Both the position numbers and the translations under genes were made by a program. Below the pieces are notes generated by a model. The model was given only the letters and a program-made list of their open reading frames with translations. It searched no databases and was not told where the DNA came from. 64,000 bases of DNA. It comes from Ignavibacteriota bacterium (GTDB taxonomy: Bacteria; Bacteroidota; Ignavibacteria; UBA10030). This document shows, piece after piece, positions 33,166 to 44,005 of this stretch. Position 1 is the first letter of the stretch. Each line of letters begins with the position of its first letter. The stretch covers positions 832,001-896,000 of the forward strand of contig CAVSHO010000009.1 of NCBI GenBank assembly GCA_963727825.1, written 5' to 3'.

Positions 33166-34599
33166 ATGAAAACAAAAGCGCTTTTCCTTCTCTTCTTTGC
33201 AGTTTCGCTTTCCTCATCGCAGAACTACGATGCGTATTTTACCAATGCCACGATGCGCGTGGATTATTATCGCATTGGCACGAAAGGACAAGAGCAAATC
33301 ACGATAGACAAAGTGTATGAAGAAAACGCCTGGCCCGGCAGCAAGGTGAATTTGCTCGATACACTCAATCTCGGCGATTGTTTTGTAAAGGTGAGCGATC
33401 TTCAAACCAACATGCTTCTCTATTCACGCGGCTATTCAACAGTGTTTGGAGAATGGCAAACGACCGAAGAAGCGTTGAGTGGAACATGGCGAACATTTCA
33501 TGAAACTGTTCGATTTCCATTTCCCAAACAAAAAGTTATTGTCAGCTTCTATCGTCGCGACAAATATGTTGGTGCTGGTGAAATGATGGCATTCAGAGAA
33601 GTTTTTTCTACTGTTATTGATCCAAACAATTCAACTGTTGTAAATCGTAAAAAAATGAAAAGTAAATTCGCAGTGTTTGATGTGATGGTGAACGGGTCGA
33701 TTAATAAGAAAGTGGACATTCTAATTCTTGGTGATGGCTACACAAAAGATGATATAGAAAAATTTAGAAAGGACGCGAAACATTTTATCGAACAACTTTT
33801 TTTGTGTCAACCATTTAAAAAACATAAAGATGATTTCAATGTTCGCGCGATGGAAGTAATTTCGGACGATTCTGGCATCGATATGCCTGACCAAAATGTG
33901 TGGAAGCATACTGCACTAGGCACGATGTATAACACATTCGGATCTGCGCGCTATGTATTGACTGAAGAGAATAGAGCATTGCGCGACATTGCCGATACGG
34001 CTCCATACGATTTTATTACAATTCTTGTGAACGATAATCGTTATGGCGGCGGTGGAATCTTTAATCTCTACACAACATGTTTTACAAAACCGGCAAAAGC
34101 TGGTCAAGAATGGGAAATGGACTATGTCTATGTACACGAGTTTGGCCATTGTTTTGGCGGATTGGGTGATGAATATTACAGTTCGCAGGTTTCGTATATT
34201 GACTTTTATCCGAAAGGTGTTGAACCATGGGAACCGAATGTGACACGCACGAATACGAAAGAAAATTTGAAATGGCGCAACCTCGTTTCATTAGATACAC
34301 CAATTCCAACACCGTGGCAGAAAACGAAGTACGACAGCATAGAAACGTTACGGGGTAAATTAGATCGGCTTTCTTCCGATTACTATGAACAGCGCGAAAG
34401 ATTGTTGAAAAGTTCAAAAGGCATTCTCACGGATCCAAAATTGGTTGGAATTGTTGGCGCATTCGAAGGTTCAGGTTACACTTCAAAAGATATGTATCGC
34501 CCAGCTATAGATTGCAAGATGTTTGCACTGAATCCGGTGGACTTTGATCCTGTCTGTGCTGCAGCGATTGAACGGATGATAGAAATGTACATCAAGTAG
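33166..34599 (+). CDS. Secreted peptidase M64 (IgA peptidase family)
   Basis: Signal peptide; ILGDGYT, YGGGGIF, HEFGHCFGGLGDEY, YRPAIDCKM. Confidence 0.92.
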   Translation: MKTKALFLLFFAVSLSSSQNYDAYFTNATMRVDYYRIGTKGQEQITIDKVYEENAWPGSKVNLLDTLNLGDCFVKVSDLQTNMLLYSRGYSTVFGEWQTTEEALSGTWRTFHETVRFPFPKQKVIVSFYRRDKYVGAGEMMAFREVFSTVIDPNNSTVVNRKKMKSKFAVFDVMVNGSINKKVDILILGDGYTKDDIEKFRKDAKHFIEQLFLCQPFKKHKDDFNVRAMEVISDDSGIDMPDQNVWKHTALGTMYNTFGSARYVLTEENRALRDIADTAPYDFITILVNDNRYGGGGIFNLYTTCFTKPAKAGQEWEMDYVYVHEFGHCFGGLGDEYYSSQVSYIDFYPKGVEPWEPNVTRTNTKENLKWRNLVSLDTPIPTPWQKTKYDSIETLRGKLDRLSSDYYEQRERLLKSSKGILTDPKLVGIVGAFEGSGYTSKDMYRPAIDCKMFALNPVDFDPVCAAAIERMIEMYIK

Positions 34600-34671
34600 T
34601 AAGTTGGCAAGTATTAGGACTTGAGTCATTATAATCATTCAATCGATACCATTATTAGAAAGTAAAAATTC

Positions 34672-35463
34672 ATGAGAACAAATTCCCTTGCACTTATTAC
34701 CGGTGCCTCAAGCGGCATCGGATTAGAGCTTGCAAAGCTTTTTGCACGGGACAGCTATGATCTTGCCCTCGTTGCACGGAGCCAGGACAAACTTAAAAAC
34801 ATAGCCGAAGATTTGCAGCAAATGTACAATGTGCAAGTAAAATATTATGCAAAGGATTTATCTATTTCTTCAACACCCCAAGAAATATTTGAAGCGCTCC
34901 AAAGCGAAAGAGGAAACATTGACGTGCTTATCAATAACGCTGGTTTCGGATGGCGCGGGGCGTTTGCACAAATGAGACTTACTAATGCCCTAGAAATGAT
35001 TCAGGTGAATATTACAGCACTTATACATCTTACACGGCTTTTTCTACCCGGAATGATAGAACGGAAACACGGAAAAATATTAAATGTAGCATCAACAGCC
35101 GCGTTTCAACCTGGTCCAATGATGGCGACCTACTACGCGTCAAAAGCCTATGTATTAAGCTTCTCAGAAGCACTGTCAGAAGAATTAAAGGGAACAGGCG
35201 TAACTGCCACGGCGTTTTGTCCCGGACCGACAGCTACAGGCTTTGGACAAAGAGCCGGTTTTGTAAATGAAAAAATATTTGGCGACATACTCTCAATGGA
35301 TTCATATACAGTTGCGCTTGATGGGTACAAAGGGTTGATGAAAGGAAAGCCGATTGTTATTTCCGGATGGAAAAATTGGCTTGGAACCAAGCTCGTTCAA
35401 ATTATACCGCGACCACTTCCCGCGAGGCTGATAAAAAAAATTCAACAGAAGAGAGGAACTTGA
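34672..35463 (+). CDS. Short-chain dehydrogenase/reductase
   Basis: TGASSGIG, NNAG, YYASK. Confidence 0.95.
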   Translation: MRTNSLALITGASSGIGLELAKLFARDSYDLALVARSQDKLKNIAEDLQQMYNVQVKYYAKDLSISSTPQEIFEALQSERGNIDVLINNAGFGWRGAFAQMRLTNALEMIQVNITALIHLTRLFLPGMIERKHGKILNVASTAAFQPGPMMATYYASKAYVLSFSEALSEELKGTGVTATAFCPGPTATGFGQRAGFVNEKIFGDILSMDSYTVALDGYKGLMKGKPIVISGWKNWLGTKLVQIIPRPLPARLIKKIQQKRGT

Positions 35464-35579
35464 GAAACGCTAAATTCATAATTAAGATTGAATTGTGAAC
35501 ATCTGCTTCTCATTTAAGAATTTTCTACCTTATAGACATGCCTTGACAAATTGCCCCTTGAAAATAAAATGTTAATCTA

Positions 35580-36470
35580 ATGCCATACGCCGGTGAATTA
35601 AGCGCTCTTGTAACAGCTGTGATGTGGACGGGAAGTGCGATTGCCTTTGCTGCCGCAACCGTACGGGTTGGTTCTGTGTACGTGAATGTCGTACGACTTG
35701 TTATTGCGGTTGTCTTATTATTTTTAACTGTTGTTGTTTTCGATATTAATATCGATGTATCTGCCATACAAGTAGTGTTTCTTTCCCTTAGCGGGTTTGT
35801 GGGATTTGTTTTTGGCGATACATTTCTCTTTAAATCGTACGAATATAACGATGCACGCATTGGTTCATTAATAATGTCGGCGGCTCCCGCCATGACTGCA
35901 TTGATGGCGTTTCTTTTTCTCAAGGAAACACTTTCATTCACAGGAATACTTGGTATGACTATCACACTTGCGGGTATTGCACTCGTTGTGTTGGAGCGCA
36001 AGGAACCATCAACACACCATGTTCCTATAGCTATGATAGGAGTGTTATATGCTTTATTGGGAGCAATAGGGCAGGCGGGTGGAATGATTTTAGCAAAAAG
36101 TGCATTTGCATATGGCTCTATTAATGGATTTGTTGCAACATTTATCCGTGCATTTTCTGCAACAATAATCTTAGCACCAATGAATTACTTTGCGGGCCGA
36201 TTTACAAAACCCATAAAAATATTCTTAGAGGACAAAAAAGCATTTCGTTTCACAATGCTTGGTTCGTTTCTTGGTCCTTACCTTGGCGTTACATTTAGCC
36301 TCATTGCTATTTCGCTTACTGACGTTGCTATCGCGGCAACAATTATTGCGCTTGTTCCTATTGTTATGCTGCCAACCGTGTGGATTCTCTTTCATGAACG
36401 GTTATCATGGAGGGCTATCGTTGGAGCTTGTGTTGCAGTTGGCGGTGTTGGAATTCTATTTCTTCGGTAG
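35580..36470 (+). CDS. DMT/EamA family transporter
   Basis: About 10 TM helices in two EamA repeats. Confidence 0.9.
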   Translation: MPYAGELSALVTAVMWTGSAIAFAAATVRVGSVYVNVVRLVIAVVLLFLTVVVFDINIDVSAIQVVFLSLSGFVGFVFGDTFLFKSYEYNDARIGSLIMSAAPAMTALMAFLFLKETLSFTGILGMTITLAGIALVVLERKEPSTHHVPIAMIGVLYALLGAIGQAGGMILAKSAFAYGSINGFVATFIRAFSATIILAPMNYFAGRFTKPIKIFLEDKKAFRFTMLGSFLGPYLGVTFSLIAISLTDVAIAATIIALVPIVMLPTVWILFHERLSWRAIVGACVAVGGVGILFLR

Positions 36471-36513
36471 GTCTGTGGATGGCGACTGAGAAAAAATATC
36501 TCTTAACCTTTCA

Positions 36514-36680
36514 TTATTCTTTGAAAGAAGCCCTTTGCGCAAGTTTTCTGTACACTCCTGACAAACACCATGCCAAAGGTTGCCTCAGAATGCTCTTTAA
36601 GGTGCTGTTCCAATCCCTTCCAATAGACTTGATTATTTTGCGCTTTTCGCGGTTGAAATGAAGGGAACGGGAATTTTCTA
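36514..36680 (-). pseudogene. Remnant of the Cys/His-rich C-terminal tail found on many sensor and response-regulator proteins
   Basis: QNNQVYWKGLEQHLKEHSEATF / HGVCQECTENL across a frameshift. Confidence 0.55.
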
Positions 36681-36699
36681 CACTGCTTTTTATTAAGCT

Positions 36700-38259
36700 T
36701 TAGTCCGGCAATTGAAATTCTTGTGCAGAAGGACGAATTTCATCATACATGCTGCGAATAGCACGAAATGCCGTTTCGCTTCCTCTCAGCATTGATTTAT
36801 GAAAAATGCGATATGCCTCACCTTTGTTCTGAGTTAATACAATTCCTTTTTCATAGCAATGCGCAAGCGTTAAATCCGAAAGTAACGAACCTTCTTGAGA
36901 TGTAACCCGTAAAATATTTAATGCTGAATCTAATTCTTCTGTATGAATTTGACCCAATATGTTTGCTGTTGCAAGACGAACATCAGCTTCGACATTGCCT
37001 AATTGAGAAGCACGATTCCATAACTCAATTGTTTTGTTGCGGTCTTGCTGAACCCACCGTCCCGTAAGATAACAAGATCCTAATTCTACCATTGCCGGTG
37101 CATGTCCCGCAATAGCTGCACGTTGAAGAAGATCTAACGCTTGTTTCTCATTTAACAACTTACTGAAACCGATGGATGTTAACCCAGACCATGTATAAAG
37201 TGCATCTGGATCGTTTTTTGAAGATCGCAATTGAAGTTCTCGGGCAAATTCCTCTGTATTCATTAACTTCCAAAGCAACGCTGGTGCCCGATATGAATTT
37301 AGAATAAATGCGCGCAGGTAATACACACTTGCAAGAATAATATCTTTACGAACATTTAATCCGCGCTCATAGCAACGTCCAAGCAAGCAGAGTGCTTCTG
37401 GACAACCAGACTTTGCAACTTTTAATAACAAAGATTGAGTGCTTGAATCCAGACTTGCTGTTGTGGTATTTTCAGTGACTGTCGAATGAGAGAGAGTATC
37501 AATTCCTTGGTACGCTTCACGAATAAGAGTTGTATCTTCAATAGTTGAAGTTGTGTCGGTGTGAAAATCAATGAACATTAGACTGGATCCCGTATCGATC
37601 GGCATCGATCGCTTTGCATTATTATTAGGCCGCTCCTTTATAGGTGTTACAGAATCCTCAGTATCTATCTTGTCTAGCCCTCGTCGTTCCATTTCTTTCT
37701 TTGTAATCTTTGCTGCATCTGATCCGAGTTCAGATGCTTTTTTAAAAAAGGAATAAGCTTTTGACCAACTGCGCGGAACAATAATGTCTTCAGTGTACAT
37801 TAAACCCATCACATAGAGTGCTTCTGGTACATCTTGTTCGGCGGCAGCGCGAAATTGTTTGAATGCTTCAAACGGATTCCATTCAATTCCTCGGCCATTT
37901 ATTAATAAAATGCCCAGGTTGAATTGTGCAAGCGGCAAATGTTGATCGGCAGCTTTTTGAATCCAATAAGATGCCTTTATAGTATCGGCCGGAAATCCTT
38001 TGCCGAATAAATAGCGCAATCCCAATTCATGTTGTGCTGGTGATTCACCAGCATTTGCTTTCTGCATCAGAACAAATTCTTCGAGTAACTGAAGGTCAAG
38101 AGTAGAGGGAAGTACCAGCGGCACTGAAGCCGATTCGTAACTTCGAAATGCCTGCGGCTTCTTTTGCTCCTGTGCAAACATGGTGCACTGAATGGATGGC
38201 AGAAGAAATGCTGTAAAAATTATAGTTATATAAAATTTTCTTTGAATTACGAGCCCCAA
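36700..38259 (-). CDS. Secreted Sel1-like repeat protein
   Basis: AQHELGLRYLFGKG, AQFNLG, AMVELGSCY repeats; N-terminal signal. Confidence 0.9.
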   Translation of the reverse strand: MGLVIQRKFYITIIFTAFLLPSIQCTMFAQEQKKPQAFRSYESASVPLVLPSTLDLQLLEEFVLMQKANAGESPAQHELGLRYLFGKGFPADTIKASYWIQKAADQHLPLAQFNLGILLINGRGIEWNPFEAFKQFRAAAEQDVPEALYVMGLMYTEDIIVPRSWSKAYSFFKKASELGSDAAKITKKEMERRGLDKIDTEDSVTPIKERPNNNAKRSMPIDTGSSLMFIDFHTDTTSTIEDTTLIREAYQGIDTLSHSTVTENTTTASLDSSTQSLLLKVAKSGCPEALCLLGRCYERGLNVRKDIILASVYYLRAFILNSYRAPALLWKLMNTEEFARELQLRSSKNDPDALYTWSGLTSIGFSKLLNEKQALDLLQRAAIAGHAPAMVELGSCYLTGRWVQQDRNKTIELWNRASQLGNVEADVRLATANILGQIHTEELDSALNILRVTSQEGSLLSDLTLAHCYEKGIVLTQNKGEAYRIFHKSMLRGSETAFRAIRSMYDEIRPSAQEFQLPD

Positions 38260-38419
38260 GTTAATTCTTTACATCACAATTACGTAAATAGTCATCATTA
38301 TTTCCACTTCTTATAATTGTAAAACAATGAATCTTTAAATTAAACCAACAAATCAACAAAACTAAGCCAATTCATAAAATTATCTTGTACGTTTTTGACA
38401 CGATGATTTGGGTTTTGGA

Positions 38420-38645
38420 TTAACCAATGAACTTATATATAAATCCATGAACTGTGAGAATGTGCTTAGAAAATCTTGAATTCTCCTCTAACTTTTGGCG
38501 TAGCCGTGTTATATGGGCATCAATGGTCCTTGTGGTGGGCATTGCATCATAACCTCATACATCGTTAAGAATAGTCTCTCGAGATAAGACACTACCGCGA
38601 TGCTCAATGAAGTAATGAAGTGGCTGGAATTCACGCGTGGAAAGC
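38420..38645 (-). pseudogene. OmpR/PhoB-type winged-helix response regulator C-terminal remnant
   Basis: LSTREFQPLHYFIEHRGSVLSRETILNDV*GYDAMPTTRTIDAHITRLRQKLEEN...HILTVHGFIYKFIG with a Trp-to-stop change. Confidence 0.85.
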
Positions 38646-38685
38646 AACTTCAATGAATCCTATTGATGTGTTAAGGTATGAATGA
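38635..38685 (+). pseudogene. Extreme C-terminus of a MacB-type ABC permease
   Basis: AWKATSMNPIDVLRYE* is the characteristic permease terminus. Confidence 0.6.
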
Positions 38686-39037
38686 GAATAAAAGATTGTA
38701 TGGGAACAATAATAATCAGATGAACGTCAAATTAAAAGAAATAGACAGATAGAATTCAAAAGCTTCAAATTCATATCTAGCAGTTTTTTAAAAATGGCGG
38801 ATAAATGATTTGTTTATTTTATGTTGACAAACCTCAACAAGCGATCACCTCCTTCTTAAAGTGCTTGGTTATCCGCCATCCTTTTTCGGAATAAGGCACC
38901 CCGTTTAATTATTGGATGTAAAGTATTAACCTTCTTTAGAAATTGTGTATATTATCTACGCAATCGTTGTATTCAACCATCATTTCTAAATATTAATTTT
39001 AAAATGATAGATATATTGAGCTTCCCATAAAAAAACT

Positions 39038-40711
39038 ATGAGCGATAATAAAATTATTTTTTCTATGATCGGCGTTGGTAAAGTTGTTAAACCTAATCGC
39101 CAGATTCTTAAAGATATCTACCTTTCGTTTTTTTATGGCGCTAAAATTGGCGTTCTAGGTTTGAATGGTGCCGGCAAAAGCACGCTCTTACGCATTATAG
39201 CTGGAATCGACAAGGACTATCTCGGCGAGATAACCGCGCAAAAAGGAATTACATTTGGGTTTCTTTCTCAAGAACCGGAGCTTGATCCGACAAAAACCGT
39301 GAAGGATATCGTAGAAGAAGGGGTTCAAGAAATTGTTAACCTAGTAAAAGAATACGAAACTGTAAATTTTCAACTTGCAGAACCTGATGCTGATTATGAT
39401 ACATTACTGGAAAAACAAAGTAAGCTACAAGAAAAAATCGATCATCTCAATGCATGGGATTTAGACAGCAAACTTGAACAAGCAATGGATGCATTGCGCT
39501 GTCCATCATCAGAAACGCCTGTGAACATTCTTTCCGGTGGTGAACGACGGCGCGTGGCGCTTTGCCGATTATTATTGCAGGAACCCGATGTATTACTACT
39601 TGACGAACCAACCAACCACCTCGATGCCGAATCTGTAGCATGGTTAGAACATCATTTAAGTTTGTACAAAGGAACCGTCATCGCGGTTACACATGATCGC
39701 TACTTCCTCGATAATGTAGCAGGATGGATATTAGAACTCGATCGCGGCGAAGGCATTCCATTTGAAGGAAACTACTCTTCATGGTTGGATCAAAAGAAAC
39801 GCCGATTGGAAATTGAAGAGAAACAGGAATCTAAGCGTCAGCGAGCTCTGCAAAGCGAATTAGAATGGGTACGATTGAATCCGAAAGGTCGTCACGCTAA
39901 AAGTAAAGCACGAATTGCATCTTATGAAAAGATGCTCGCTGAACAAACCGACAAACGTGATGAAGAAATGGAAATATATATTCCCCCCGGTCCGCGCTTG
40001 GGCGATGTTGTCATTGAAGCTCATGGCGTGTCTAAAGCATTCGGCGAGAGATTGCTATTTGAAAATATGGAATTTGCTCTTCCACCCGGCGGTATTATTG
40101 GTGTCATTGGTCCAAACGGCGCTGGCAAAACCACGCTTTTCAAACTTATTATCGGCCAGGAAGAGCCAGATAAAGGTAATATCAAAATTGGCGACACGGT
40201 AAAGCTTGCTTACGTTGATCAAATGCGACCGCTCGATCCCGATAAAACAATCTGGCAGGAAATTTCTGGTGGAGAAGATCTTATTTTGCTCGGCAATCGC
40301 GAGGTAAACTCGCGCGGCTATGTTGCAAGATTTAATTTTAGCGGAACCGATCAACAAAAACCTGTTGGAAAACTCTCAGGCGGAGAACGTAATCGTGTTC
40401 ATCTTGCAAAAATACTGAAGGACGGAGCGAATGTACTTCTGCTTGACGAACCAACTAACGATCTTGATGTGAACACATTGCGTGCATTAGAAGAGGCGCT
40501 TGGTGGTTTTGCCGGATGTGCTGTTGTTATTTCGCACGACCGCTGGTTCCTCGATCGTGTAGCAACGCACATTCTTGCATTTGAAGGCGATAGCAGTGTC
40601 ATGTGGTTTGATGGAAATTATTCTGAATACGAAGAGTACCGCAAAAAACAACTCGGCATTGCCGCGGACCAGCCGCACAGAATTAAGTATAAAAGATTAA
40701 CGCGGGAATAA
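39038..40711 (+). CDS. ettA: Energy-dependent translational throttle ABC-F protein EttA
   Basis: ILKDIYLSFFYGAKIGVLGLNGAGKS; two ABC domains; ends QPHRIKYKRL. Confidence 0.97.
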   Translation: MSDNKIIFSMIGVGKVVKPNRQILKDIYLSFFYGAKIGVLGLNGAGKSTLLRIIAGIDKDYLGEITAQKGITFGFLSQEPELDPTKTVKDIVEEGVQEIVNLVKEYETVNFQLAEPDADYDTLLEKQSKLQEKIDHLNAWDLDSKLEQAMDALRCPSSETPVNILSGGERRRVALCRLLLQEPDVLLLDEPTNHLDAESVAWLEHHLSLYKGTVIAVTHDRYFLDNVAGWILELDRGEGIPFEGNYSSWLDQKKRRLEIEEKQESKRQRALQSELEWVRLNPKGRHAKSKARIASYEKMLAEQTDKRDEEMEIYIPPGPRLGDVVIEAHGVSKAFGERLLFENMEFALPPGGIIGVIGPNGAGKTTLFKLIIGQEEPDKGNIKIGDTVKLAYVDQMRPLDPDKTIWQEISGGEDLILLGNREVNSRGYVARFNFSGTDQQKPVGKLSGGERNRVHLAKILKDGANVLLLDEPTNDLDVNTLRALEEALGGFAGCAVVISHDRWFLDRVATHILAFEGDSSVMWFDGNYSEYEEYRKKQLGIAADQPHRIKYKRLTRE

Positions 40712-40746
40712 GTAATATCGGAACGAAAATACATTCAACAGATTTC

Positions 40747-41247
40747 TCAATGTTCCGGTGGAATCTGTCTCAGGTATTGGCTGAACGAGTAACGTTCATA
40801 CTGCTTATTGCCAATATAAAGTAAGAACTGGATGAACTTATCAGAATCCTGATAGCCATTTAGCCGAGCGACAAGCTTGAAGTTTGTATCAAATACAAGT
40901 ATTGTAGGATAGGAGTGGACATCCAGCAGCTTTGCACACTCCCTTTCGGTGTAATGATTGGCACCATTTGCAATAACAGTCTCGGATTCAGCGTTAAGTT
41001 TAACCGGTACGAATTGTGCAGCAAGTAACTCTTGCACGCGTGGATGAATATAAACAGAACAATCCATCCGTTTGCACCATCCACACCATGTTGTATAGAT
41101 ATCTACTAAAAGAAATTTTCCCGAGTTGTGCGCTTCTTTAACACCTTCTTCCCACTCGTGCCATTTGAGCGAACTTATATCATCTTGTGCAAGTGTCAAG
41201 AGTGAAGAGAATGTTACCAGAATTCCTATAAATATAAATCGTCGCAA
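40747..41247 (-). CDS. Exported thioredoxin-fold protein (SoxW/DUF255-like)
   Basis: Signal peptide; YTTWCGWCKRMD. Confidence 0.85.
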   Translation of the reverse strand: MRRFIFIGILVTFSSLLTLAQDDISSLKWHEWEEGVKEAHNSGKFLLVDIYTTWCGWCKRMDCSVYIHPRVQELLAAQFVPVKLNAESETVIANGANHYTERECAKLLDVHSYPTILVFDTNFKLVARLNGYQDSDKFIQFLLYIGNKQYERYSFSQYLRQIPPEH

Positions 41248-41300
41248 GATTATATCTCTTCCACTCTTATTTCGTATTGATCTCCACGGTTGTAAATTCG

Positions 41301-42584
41301 TTATACCCGTTCACGAAATGGTACATAATGAGTCAATGTATGCCCTGTATAAACCTGCCGCGGGCGATAAATACGGCCATCCTTTGATTCATGGATTTCC
41401 TTGAAATTCGCGATCCATCCCGGCATACGCCCGATGGCAAACATAACAGTATACATACTCAGTGGAATTCCTATCGCTCGCATAATAATACCGCTGTAAA
41501 AATCTACATTAGGATAAAGCTTCCGTTCAACAAAATAAGAATCGCTGAGTGCAGTTTCTTCTAAGCGTTTAGCAATGTCGAGTAGCGGATCGTTTCTTTT
41601 TAATACCGCCAATAACTCGTCACATTTCTTTTTAATGATTCGTGCACGCGGATCGTAATTTTTATATACTCGATGACCAAATCCCATCAAACGTTTTCCC
41701 GATGTTTTATCTTTTGCTTCTTCAATAAATTTTGACCCATTGTCACCTGATTTATTGATATTCTCAAGCATTTCAATAACAGCCTGATTTGCGCCGCCAT
41801 GAAGAGGTCCCCAGAGCGCACATACGCCGGCTGATGCACTTGCAAACAAGTTTGCTTGACTTGATGCTACCATCCGTACGGTTGAAGTAGAGCAATTCTG
41901 TTCGTGATCTGCATGTAATAAAAAAATGAGATCAAGCGCATTCACAACTTCCGGTTGTAATTCATAATCCACGTATGGTTCGGAAAACATCATGTGTAAA
42001 AAATTTGCAGTGTATTTATATATAGGTTTTGGGTAAATAGTCGGCAAGCCCAATGATTTTCGATAAGAAAATGCAGCGATAGTTCGCACTTGAGAAATAA
42101 GACGAGCAGCCTGCATCAAGAAAACTTCATCAGGATTTAATACTTCGGGAAGAAAACAACCTGCAGCATTAATCATAGACGAAAGGATTGCCATCGGATG
42201 AGCGTGTGTAGGAAATCCCTCGAACTGAAATTTCATGTCCTCATGAAGCATCTCGTTTTTTGTAAGAAGGTTGGAAAATGTTTTCATCTCTTGCGAATTT
42301 GGTAGCTTTCCATAGATGAGCAAGTACGCTGTCTCTACGAATGTTGACTTCTCTGCCAGTTCTTCGATAGGAATACCGCGATAACGGAGAATTCCTTTTT
42401 CGCCATCTATGAAGGTAATATTGCTGCTGCATGATCCTGTATTTCCGTATCCCTCGTCAAAAGTAATATACCCTGTTTTATTTCGCAAAGTTGAAATATC
42501 AATAGAGTGTTCCCCTTCCGAACCTACAATAATCGGGAATTCGTATATTTTATTATCTAATTCGAGTTTTGCAGTTTTACCCAT
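41301..42584 (-). CDS. gltA: Citrate synthase
   Basis: [34 protein letters not shown]. Confidence 0.98.
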   Translation of the reverse strand: MGKTAKLELDNKIYEFPIIVGSEGEHSIDISTLRNKTGYITFDEGYGNTGSCSSNITFIDGEKGILRYRGIPIEELAEKSTFVETAYLLIYGKLPNSQEMKTFSNLLTKNEMLHEDMKFQFEGFPTHAHPMAILSSMINAAGCFLPEVLNPDEVFLMQAARLISQVRTIAAFSYRKSLGLPTIYPKPIYKYTANFLHMMFSEPYVDYELQPEVVNALDLIFLLHADHEQNCSTSTVRMVASSQANLFASASAGVCALWGPLHGGANQAVIEMLENINKSGDNGSKFIEEAKDKTSGKRLMGFGHRVYKNYDPRARIIKKKCDELLAVLKRNDPLLDIAKRLEETALSDSYFVERKLYPNVDFYSGIIMRAIGIPLSMYTVMFAIGRMPGWIANFKEIHESKDGRIYRPRQVYTGHTLTHYVPFRERV

Positions 42585-42593
42585 GCTAATTCC

Positions 42594-42977
42594 TTACTTC
42601 TCTAATTTCACCAATACATCTTCTAAAAATTCTTTTACCTCTAACATTTCTTTTCTAATTTCTTCATCTTGAATTTTTTTCTTTTGTGGAATATTGAGAA
42701 GCTCTAGCTGCTCTCCACTATCTGGCTCCGGAATGAATTCTTTCATCACTTGCTTAGCACCTTCAATGGTGTACTTTTCATCACGCAACAATTGTTTAAT
42801 ATGCATGATAAGCTTAATGTCTTTGTTTGTATAAATGCGGTTGCCCGCCCGATTTTTAGCCGGCTTTAGTTCAGGAAATTCAGTTTCCCAGTAGCGTAAA
42901 ACATATTGTTCTAATCCAGTAATTCTACTGACTTCGCTAATAGAATAGTAAAGTTTTTTGATACTAGTATTCTTCAT
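42594..42977 (-). CDS. MerR-family HTH protein
   Basis: KLYYSISEV...VLRYWETEFPELKP.KNRAGNRIY. Confidence 0.9.
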   Translation of the reverse strand: MKNTSIKKLYYSISEVSRITGLEQYVLRYWETEFPELKPAKNRAGNRIYTNKDIKLIMHIKQLLRDEKYTIEGAKQVMKEFIPEPDSGEQLELLNIPQKKKIQDEEIRKEMLEVKEFLEDVLVKLEK

Positions 42978-43108
42978 TGGCGCCTCATTCAGAGATAGTT
43001 TGATCGATAGGAAATTAGTAAATGTTGCATTGAGTTGCAATATTGGAACCTTTCGGAAGCTGTTTTGAAACCAGGCTGAAAAAACTTCCTAAATATTCCC
43101 ACTTTCGT

Positions 43109-43993
43109 TTATGCAGGCAATTCCGTATGAACATAGCGGTGAAAGTTTTTTGGAAACTTTTTCCGCAACTGCAGGACCATCGCTACGAGAATCTTGAGCG
43201 GTGATGATAAGCGAATACGCCTGGAAAACACGTCATATTGTGCACGCTCAATCCTGAGTAGAAGTAAATAATATATATTCCCCATTGTACGAGCGGCAGT
43301 AAAAAGCGGCTTGTCTTCTTCAGCGAGGCATGACTTAGCGCGGCGAAAATATTCATGAGCGCGGTTGCATTCGAACTTCATCAATTCGACAAATCGTTCA
43401 TTGTATGTGAAGTTCAACAAATCGTCTTCAGAATAATTGAACTTCCGCAAATCTTCTAGCGGCAAATAAATGCGTCCGCGTTTAGCGTCAGATTTAATAT
43501 CTCTTAATATGTTTGTTAATTGTAAGGCAATGCCAAGGTTGATAGCATATTGCTTTGTCTTTTCATTAGTATAACCGAATACTTCCGCGCAAATTAATCC
43601 CACAGTGGAAGCAGCACGGTAGCAGTATTGTTCTAATTCAGAAAATGTGGTGTAGCGTGTGTTTAACAAATCCATTTCCATACCCTTGATCAACTCATAA
43701 AAATATTCAATAGGAATATGAAATCGCTGGATGATGGCAGAAAGTTTATTTAGCAACGAATAATGCGAAATACCGTAGAGCGAGCGCCGCAACTCTTCTG
43801 TCCATTGTAAAAGCAGCGCATACTTTTCTTTCTCGTCCCCTGCTTCATCTACAATGTCGTCGGTGAATCGGCAAAAGGCGTAAATGGTTTCGATGGCGTC
43901 GCGTTTCGGGCGAGGCAAAATTAGGAACGAGTAATAGAAACTACTCTTTCGATTCTGCGAGAAATCCGGTATGACCGATATTGCTGTTTGCAC
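43109..43993 (-). CDS. hpnD: Presqualene diphosphate synthase (phytoene/squalene synthase family)
   Basis: SSFYYSF, FCRFTDDIVD, LQLTNILRD. Confidence 0.85.
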   Translation of the reverse strand: MQTAISVIPDFSQNRKSSFYYSFLILPRPKRDAIETIYAFCRFTDDIVDEAGDEKEKYALLLQWTEELRRSLYGISHYSLLNKLSAIIQRFHIPIEYFYELIKGMEMDLLNTRYTTFSELEQYCYRAASTVGLICAEVFGYTNEKTKQYAINLGIALQLTNILRDIKSDAKRGRIYLPLEDLRKFNYSEDDLLNFTYNERFVELMKFECNRAHEYFRRAKSCLAEEDKPLFTAARTMGNIYYLLLLRIERAQYDVFSRRIRLSSPLKILVAMVLQLRKKFPKNFHRYVHTELPA

Positions 43994-44005
43994 GGTTATA
44001 AGTTA

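Noticed and set aside
38843-38856. 16S rRNA fragment (GATCACCTCCTT)
   Set aside because: No flanking rRNA sequence; better read as a minus-strand Shine-Dalgarno
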